This document shows, piece by piece, positions 58,401-64,000 of a stretch of 64,000 nucleotides of DNA. Position 1 is the first letter of the stretch. Every line of letters begins with the position of its first letter. The notes beneath the pieces are model-generated. The model was not told the DNA's origin. It was given only the letters and a program-made list of their open reading frames with translations, and made no database searches. Source of the DNA: Polyangiaceae bacterium (GTDB lineage: Bacteria; Myxococcota_A; Polyangia; Polyangiales; Polyangiaceae); assembly GCA_965222375.1 (NCBI GenBank), contig CBDCTZ010000014.1:96001-160000 (forward strand), read 5' to 3'. The position numbers and the translations under genes are program-made.

Positions 58401-59154
58401 TCAGGAACAGGTGCCCGAGACGCAGTGCACGCTCGGGATCTGACACTCCATGCCATCGCTGGAGCTGATGAACGAGGGCGCGCCTTGGACGATCTGGCCG
58501 TCCTTGCAGTAGTCCGGCGGCAGCGGCGTGAATTGCGGGCAAGCGCTGCCGTCGTTGGTGACGCAATGCACGCTCGGCATTGCGCATTCTTTGCCATCCG
58601 CGGACGAGATGTAGGAGTCCGCGCCCTTCACGACCGTGCCGTTCGGGCAGTAGCCGGGGGGCAAAGGCGAAATCTGCGGGCAGGCGCCGAAGTCGTTGGT
58701 CAGGCAGTGCTGCTCCGACTTGGTGCATTCGAAGTTGCCCGTGCCGCTCTCGAACTTGGTTTCAGAAACCACCGTGCCATCAGCACAGAAGGCTGGCGCG
58801 GTGCAGGCGTTGGCGTCGTTGCTGACGCAGTGCACGCTGGGCAACTCGCACTCCATGCCGTCCGCCGACGGAATGAAAGAGGGTGCGCCTTTGACGATCT
58901 TGCCGTCCTGGCAGTAGTCCGGCGGCAGAGGAGACAGCTGCGGGCAGGCGCCGCCGTCGCTTGTGACGCAGTACACGCTGGGCATCTGGCACTCTTTGCC
59001 GTCGCTCGACGTGATGAAGGAATCAGCGCCTTTCACGACGGTGCCGTTGGGGCACCAACCTGGAGGTAGCGGAGACAACTGCGGACAGGCCGAGCCGTCG
59101 TCCGTCACGCAGTGGTCTTGCCGCTCCTGGCACTCCTACAGCGAGCAATTTCAT
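58401..59154 (-). pseudogene. Cys-rich repeat protein gene with 5' frameshift/deletion
   Basis: ATG at 59154 (MKLLAV) is 1 nt out of frame with the repeat-coding frame, which opens at 59135 (ECQERQDHCVTDDG...) immediately after a TAG. Confidence 0.65.
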
Positions 59155-59346
59155 GGGTGACCTGCCTTGGGTTGAGGTGGGAGCCTTGCTCCCTTTCACC
59201 GACACTCACCTACACTGTCTCAGCCGTCCTTCTGACCGTCAAGACACTTAAATTTGGCTGGAACAGCGTCGCTGGGATTTTCCAGGCACACGGTCGGGCT
59301 TGTCAACACGCGCGGTTCGGTCCCCGTTGATCGGGAAGATTGCTAG

Positions 59347-59433
59347 CGGAGACGGAGGGATTCGAACCCTCGGTACCGTTGCCGGTACACATGATTTCCA
59401 ATCATGCACCTTCGACCACTCGGTCACGTCTCC
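59347..59433 (-). tRNA. tRNA-Ser (anticodon GGA)
   Basis: GGAGACG acceptor stem, CATGA-TTGGAAA-TCATG anticodon arm, long variable arm, GGTTCGAATCC; CCA not encoded. Confidence 0.97.
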
Positions 59434-59504
59434 TGTTGCCACCTCGAGCGAGGTCGCGCCGCGTTCTCTAATCAGAGCCCACGGCCGAGCCAAGTAGGCC
59501 CGGG

Positions 59505-59591
59505 CGGAGAGAGTGGGATTCGAACCCACGGTACCCTCACGGGTACACCTGATTTCGAATCAGGCACCTTCGGCCACTCGGTCATCTCTCC
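59505..59591 (-). tRNA. tRNA-Ser (anticodon CGA)
   Basis: GGAGAGA acceptor stem, CCTGA-TTCGAAA-TCAGG anticodon arm, long variable arm, GGTTCGAATCC; CCA not encoded. Confidence 0.97.
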
Positions 59592-59598
59592 GCGGCGG

Positions 59599-59627
59599 AA
59601 TCTGTCAGCCGGTCGCCGGACTGTCAA
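59599..59627 (-). promoter_or_regulatory. Sigma70-type promoter of the tRNA-Ser pair
   Basis: TTGACA-N17-CAGATT with extended TG and GC-rich discriminator CCGCCGC. Confidence 0.65.
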
Positions 59628-59696
59628 TCTCAACCAGCTGGGGATTGACACGTCGCGTCATCATGCTCAGGTTGGCCCGAGTTCCGAGGAAAATCC

Positions 59697-59870
59697 ATGT
59701 TTGAGCCTCTTTTCGCCCATTTTGGACCCCTGCCTTCCGCCGTGCTGCTGCTCAGCGTTCTGCTGCTCGCGGTCGCCTCCCCGGTTCGGCACGTCATCGT
59801 CACTTCGCGACTTCCGGCTCGTGTGCGCGGCTGCGTGCGTCGCCTGTCCCCACTTGGCAGTCTGCCCTAA
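59697..59870 (+). CDS. Small hydrophobic protein (57 aa)
   Basis: GAGGA SD, ATG...TAA, one hydrophobic helix and basic tail; TTGACA at 59645. Confidence 0.5.
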   Translation: MFEPLFAHFGPLPSAVLLLSVLLLAVASPVRHVIVTSRLPARVRGCVRRLSPLGSLP

Positions 59871-59911
59871 GCCATTTGCCCCGCCATCGCGCTGCCGCGA
59901 TAGTCCCGAGC

Positions 59912-60775
59912 ATGGGGTCCCGTCGGGTCGTGGTGGTTTTACTCGCCGTTGCGCCCCAGGTTGCGGCGCAGTCGTCGACCCCAGACGCTGTGACCGAAGG
60001 GTCCACCTCGAGCGCCACTGTGCCGGCGAAGAAGTCAGCGTCCTCGTCGAAAGCGCCTTCGCCCGCGTCGAAGAGCCAAGCGCCCTCGCTCGGGTCGAAG
60101 AGCTCAGCCACGTTGCAGTCGGCTAGAGATCCCGAAGCCGCACCTTCTACGCCGCCCGCACCGGACCAGAAATACGATCCAACGACGTTGGGTTTCCAGT
60201 TGGGCACTGGAGTCGTCGCGCGACTCGGCGGTGGACTCGACCCGGAGTTCGCAGAGCATGAGCGCGTCGATCTCGCCTACGGAGTCGGGGCCTGGTTCGC
60301 ACCCAGCCGCTTGTTCAGCCTCGGCCTGCGTTACGAGCGGGTCGGCGAGGGCGGCGAGCGCACGAAAACCGGTGCGGCGACACTACGCGTGCAGCGCGAT
60401 CTCGACGCGCTGATGTTGGGCGCTCGGGTCTACCCGATCCGCGGCGACGCTTGGGGCATGTACATGCACCTGGGCCTCGGCCTGTCGAATCAACACCTGG
60501 ACGCAAACGGCGCCCGCCCGGCAACCACGTTTGGCCCCGGTCCGACCTTCGCGTGTTCGGCCAGCGACGGACCGGGTCTTTCCCTGAGCAGCGGCGCAGG
60601 CCTGGACATCGACGTGGCCCGCCGCTTCGCCTTCCTCGCCGAAGGCCACATCAGCGCCTACCGCCACGGCGGGGAAGTCCTCGACGCTTGCGCTCCCGGG
60701 TCCGGTTCGATCACGAACATCGGCGCGAATTTGGGCTTCATGTACCGCTTCGAGCTGGCCGGCCTGGGCGGCTGA
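59912..60775 (+). CDS. Outer membrane beta-barrel protein
   Basis: Signal peptide, Ser/Pro linker, amphipathic strands, terminal NLGFMYRF. Confidence 0.8.
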   Translation: MGSRRVVVVLLAVAPQVAAQSSTPDAVTEGSTSSATVPAKKSASSSKAPSPASKSQAPSLGSKSSATLQSARDPEAAPSTPPAPDQKYDPTTLGFQLGTGVVARLGGGLDPEFAEHERVDLAYGVGAWFAPSRLFSLGLRYERVGEGGERTKTGAATLRVQRDLDALMLGARVYPIRGDAWGMYMHLGLGLSNQHLDANGARPATTFGPGPTFACSASDGPGLSLSSGAGLDIDVARRFAFLAEGHISAYRHGGEVLDACAPGSGSITNIGANLGFMYRFELAGLGG

Positions 60776-60908
60776 GTCTCCGCTTCGGCCTAGCTGGTTT
60801 TTTGGGGGATGGTGCACTCCCCCCGTCATCGACAGTTCGGCGCGGCGCCTGCGATGCGCGCCCGCCCCGTCCGGCGGCACGGCAGCGGCGCACGGATTCG
60901 CGGAAGTC

Positions 60909-60965
60909 GTCAAGTTTAGACTTGACTAGTCGTAACTTGACGAGTCTTGACTTGTTGATTATCTT
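60909..60965 (+). promoter_or_regulatory. Promoter/operator with CTTGAC repeats
   Basis: GTCAAGT-TTAG-ACTTGAC palindrome; CTTGAC at 60921, 60936 and 60946; TTGACG-N17-TATCTT ends 6 nt before ATG 60972. Confidence 0.7.
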
Positions 60966-60971
60966 GGGGCC

Positions 60972-62345
60972 ATGTTTGTCGGTCGCCAGCGAGAGCTGCG
61001 GTTGCTCGAGCAGGCATGGGGGAGCCCTGAGGGCGCCTTCGTGCCAGTGTACGGACGACGTCGCGTTGGCAAGAGCGAGCTGCTGCTCAAGCACGCCGAA
61101 AACAAACCGGCGGTCTACTATCTGGGTAAGAAAGCGCCCGCAGCGCTGCAGATGGCGGAGTTTGCCCGTGAAGCCGCGGTTGCGCTGAAGCAACCACTGC
61201 TGGACCGGTTCTCGGGAACCTGGAAGGAGCTGCTCGTCGCGATCGAAGAGCAGCATCAGGGGTCCGGCAAACTGTTGCTCATCCTCGACGAGTTCCAGTG
61301 GATCGTGGAAGGCAGCCCCGAGCTCCCCTCCGTGCTGCAAGAGCTGTGGGATCGACGTTGGAGGAACTCCGGCCGAGTGATGCTCGTGTTGTGCGGCTCC
61401 TTCATTGGATTCATGGAGCGTGAAGTGCTGGGGCAGAAGAGCCCTTTGTTTGGGCGGCGCACCGCGCAGATCCGGCTCCAACCCTTCGAGCACATCGAAG
61501 CGGCGCGTTTTCATCGCGGGTGGTCTCTAGTGGACAAGGCGCGAGTCCGATTCGTTTGCGGAGGCATTCCGCTCTATCTCCGGATGTTTGATACCTCCGT
61601 GTCCTTCGAGAAGAACCTGGAAGAACAGCTATTGAGCGAGTTTGCGCCCTTGCACCGCGAACCGGAGTTCTTACTACGTGAGGAGCTGCGCGACGTTCAA
61701 AACTACCAAGCAGTCTTGCGAGCAATTGCCTCGGGAAAGCGCACAGCCAAAAACATCGCGTCTGCGAGCGGGGTGGAGGAGCGGAGCCTTCACTACTATC
61801 TGCAACAATTGGTGGAGCTGGGGTACGTAGCGCGCCGCTACCCCCTGACTTCGCGCACGCCAGCTGCCCGTGACGTTCGCTTCATCCTAGACGACCCGTT
61901 GCTTCGCTTCTGGTTCCGCTTCGTCTTTCCCAACAACAGCTACATCCAGCACATGGGTCCAGCACGTGCGTTTCGAGATCGCATCAAACCCGAACTCGAC
62001 GCTTACTTCGGCTCCTGCTTCGAACGCTTGTGTCGCGAGGCGCTTCCCCACCTCTACGCTCGGGAAGGGATCACGGCCTCGTTCGAAGTCGGGGAGTACT
62101 GGAATCGAGACGTCCAGATAGACGTGGTCGGGCTTCGAGACGATGGATGGACCGATCTCGGCGAATGCAAGTGGGCTACCGTCCGTTCGCCGAAGGCGCT
62201 GCACGCGGAGTTGGAAACCCGTGCCGCCAAGTACGACAACGACCGGGGGGCCAGCGTCGGTCGACGCTTCTTCCTCCGAAAGAAGCCTCGCGGCAAACTG
62301 CCCCCCGGCCAATGGCACGACCTGGCAGATCTGTATCGAGCTTGA
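60972..62345 (+). CDS. ATPase_2 (archaeal-type) P-loop ATPase with wHTH and DUF234-like PD-(D/E)XK domain
   Basis: FVGRQREL, GRRRVGKS (Walker A), ILDEFQ (Walker B), LCGS, GGIPLYL, DPLLRFWFRF, QIDVV...GECKW. Confidence 0.92.
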   Translation: MFVGRQRELRLLEQAWGSPEGAFVPVYGRRRVGKSELLLKHAENKPAVYYLGKKAPAALQMAEFAREAAVALKQPLLDRFSGTWKELLVAIEEQHQGSGKLLLILDEFQWIVEGSPELPSVLQELWDRRWRNSGRVMLVLCGSFIGFMEREVLGQKSPLFGRRTAQIRLQPFEHIEAARFHRGWSLVDKARVRFVCGGIPLYLRMFDTSVSFEKNLEEQLLSEFAPLHREPEFLLREELRDVQNYQAVLRAIASGKRTAKNIASASGVEERSLHYYLQQLVELGYVARRYPLTSRTPAARDVRFILDDPLLRFWFRFVFPNNSYIQHMGPARAFRDRIKPELDAYFGSCFERLCREALPHLYAREGITASFEVGEYWNRDVQIDVVGLRDDGWTDLGECKWATVRSPKALHAELETRAAKYDNDRGASVGRRFFLRKKPRGKLPPGQWHDLADLYRA

Positions 62346-62352
62346 AGCCCCC

Positions 62353-62592
62353 TCATGGACCACTCTTCAACTTGCTCGAGCGGTAGCGCATCTCGGTGGC
62401 GACTGCGGGGTCTTGGGATTGTGTGTACTGACGCAGCACGCTGATGGCTTCCTCGGTTCCAATCTCGAAGAGCAGCCAGCTGAACCATTTCGCGATGACG
62501 CCAGGCTCGGAGGCCGTGTACGCCAGGTGCTCGAACCCCATGTTCCCGGCTCCTGAGAAAGTCGAGTTCGGGCTCGACCGGGGATGAGACAT
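62353..62592 (-). pseudogene. Probable 3' remnant of a hypothetical gene
   Basis: C-terminal part FEHLAYTASEPGVIAKWFSWLLFEIGTEEAISVLRQY...EMRYR looks protein-like; the 5' part does not. Confidence 0.4.
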
Positions 62593-62714
62593 GAATGTAC
62601 GGCCCGCCAGGCGCGGTCAATCCCAAGGCACTGCGCCGGCGGCATATCCAAGCGTCCGGCGGCGCGACGCCGGCAGCCTGCCGCCCACCCCGCTCTAAGG
62701 GTCTGCTGCGCGTC

Positions 62715-63041
62715 CTAGGCAGCGCTCACGTCGACGCGGAGCTTCAGGCCAGCACCTCGCACCTGGTCTTGGAGGGAGAGCCTCACGAACTGGGCTTCGC
62801 TGTGGCCGAGCGCTTTGGCGAACTTGGCCGCACGTTCCGGGCTCACGGCGCGACGGTCGTGTTCGATGTCGCTGAGGTGCGAGCGGGAAACACCCAGTCG
62901 CTCGGAGAAGACGGCGAGACTCTCGCCCTCGCTCTGTCGCAGCGCGGACAGAGCGCCTCCGAGAGACAGCGGCGCGCCCATCATCTTTTCCAGCCGGGAG
63001 AGAGCAGTGCTCGACTTCTTGGAAACACGCTTAGTCGTCAT
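62715..63041 (-). CDS. XRE/HigA-type HTH antitoxin
   Basis: FSERLGVSRSHLSDIEHDRRAVSPERA HTH; overlaps the upstream toxin gene by 11 bp. Confidence 0.88.
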   Translation of the reverse strand: MTTKRVSKKSSTALSRLEKMMGAPLSLGGALSALRQSEGESLAVFSERLGVSRSHLSDIEHDRRAVSPERAAKFAKALGHSEAQFVRLSLQDQVRGAGLKLRVDVSAA

Positions 63042-63306
63042 GTTTGTTCACTTCTTCCACGTGCACCGCTTCGACTCGCCCGCTTCTCCGAACGATGTAG
63101 ATCGCCCGGTACGCACGGCTGAGCCGGATCGCGCGGTATCCTCGCCAACGCCCTTCCAGGGCATGGTCCCGAAATCCTCGAACGGCGCGTGCTGCCTCGA
63201 GCCTCTCGTTGGTGACCAGGTCTGCCCAAAGGGCGAACTTGCGCAGGATGTGCTGCGGCACCTTGGCAAGCTGCTTCTCAGCGGTCTTGGATATCTCAAG
63301 ATCCAC
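63031..63306 (-). CDS. RelE/HigB-family mRNA interferase toxin
   Basis: GFRDHALEGRWRGYRAIRLSRAYRAIY...EEVNKHD; toxin-first gene order. Confidence 0.88.
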   Translation of the reverse strand: MDLEISKTAEKQLAKVPQHILRKFALWADLVTNERLEAARAVRGFRDHALEGRWRGYRAIRLSRAYRAIYIVRRSGRVEAVHVEEVNKHDD

Positions 63307-63307
63307 T

Positions 63308-63332
63308 ACTGTACCCCTTGAGAGGGTACAGT
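63308..63332. promoter_or_regulatory. Palindromic operator of the TA operon
   Basis: ACTGTACCC-N7-GGGTACAGT overlapping TTGACT-N16-TACAGT on the minus strand. Confidence 0.75.
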
Positions 63333-63779
63333 CAAGAATCCTGCGTCCGCGTGGCCTTCTCGGATCGGGAAGTGACCAGGGACGATGGGCGACGAGCGGC
63401 GGAGTCTGGGCACGCCCGCACCCATCGGCAGCACGCGGCGGGAGTTGTTGGACTTTTACGCCCTGCGCGGAATCGTTGGCCGCGGCACTCACGGGTAGGA
63501 GATGTCGGCTCTGTTGCAGTGCGGCGGCTCTGCCGGGAAACCCCCCAGAGTTGTCGAACTACCTATCTCGGGAGTAGGGGCCCAATGCCGCTAAGTGAAC
63601 CGACCCCAAACCAACCAAGGGACTTGGCGCAGAAGTTGGGGTGGTCCTAGGTCCCTCATCGAACTCCCTGCTGACTCGTCCGGGGCCTCGTCGCTTGTGT
63701 TGAGTGGTGTATAGGCTCATGACGCCGATAAGTAATTGAAAATACTTGCAATCTATCGTAAACGGCTTACGTTAATGGA

Positions 63780-64000
63780 GTGGATCCTAGAGTAAAAGGC
63801 TACCTCCAGGAGCTCGGACGGCGAGGCGGTCGAGCTAGTCGCCGAAAGCTCAGTCCCGACGCCGCTCGGGAGATGGTGAAGGTGCGCGAGGCGAGGAGGG
63901 CGTATCGCGAGTTTCATGCGGCGTGCTTTTGGTCCAACGATCCCGAGTACATCGTCACGCTGGAGGATGTCCCGTGGGTTGCCGAGCGACTGATGCGCTT
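63780..64000 (+). CDS. Small hypothetical protein, truncated by the window edge (possible antitoxin-like)
   Basis: Not in the ORF track. VDPRVKGYLQELGRRGGRASRRKLSPDAAREMVKVREARRAYREFHAACFWSNDPEYIVTLEDVPWVAERLMR; TTGCAA-N16-TACGTT upstream. Confidence 0.7.
   Translation, partial: MDPRVKGYLQELGRRGGRASRRKLSPDAAREMVKVREARRAYREFHAACFWSNDPEYIVTLEDVPWVAERLMR

Noticed and set aside
59130..59154. TAG readthrough (pyrrolysine/recoding) to extend the Cys-rich gene
   Set aside because: Another in-frame stop (TGA) lies five codons further upstream with no start codon between; a deletion or frameshift explains it better
59347..59591. Prophage or ICE integrated at tRNA-Ser
   Set aside because: No integrase, phage genes or duplicated tRNA 3' end seen in the window
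62346..62714. Integron attC sites around the small accessory genes
   Set aside because: No convincing RYYYAAC...GTTRRRY boxes and no integron integrase

Overview
GC-rich bacterial chromosomal segment whose gene content points to Myxococcota, probably Polyangiaceae-like (Ser/Thr kinase-PEGA pair, GltJ/AgmX-like protein, OmpA-TSP3 protein, many Gly-rich lipoproteins). About 55 CDSs are mostly housekeeping or metabolic: lnt, HU, ybeY, transaldolase/fsa, apbE, recD2, M1 aminopeptidase, methylmalonyl-CoA mutase, metB-like, proS, sulfite reductase, pssA, ccsA-hemA-hemC, lpxK, gcvPB. There are two tRNA-Ser genes and a toxin-antitoxin/defence-like patch at the right end. No CRISPR array, rRNA, integrase or intact transposase was seen. 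Most notable: (1) an ECF sigma factor with a C-terminal extension and no adjacent anti-sigma gene shares a GTGACA-N15/16-CGTCC promoter with a divergent uncharacterised conserved gene, next to a GIDE-like membrane protein; (2) many start codons have a TANNNT hexamer 6-9 nt upstream and no Shine-Dalgarno, suggesting frequent leaderless translation; (3) an M1 aminopeptidase-HEAT protein carries a histone-H1-like tail; (4) a sulfite reductase-HEPN fusion has an uncharacterised partner gene, an Rrf2-like box and an RBS-occluding hairpin; (5) a frameshifted Cys-rich repeat gene and an unlisted 57-aa ORF flank the tRNAs. All family assignments come from motif recognition by eye, not database searches.
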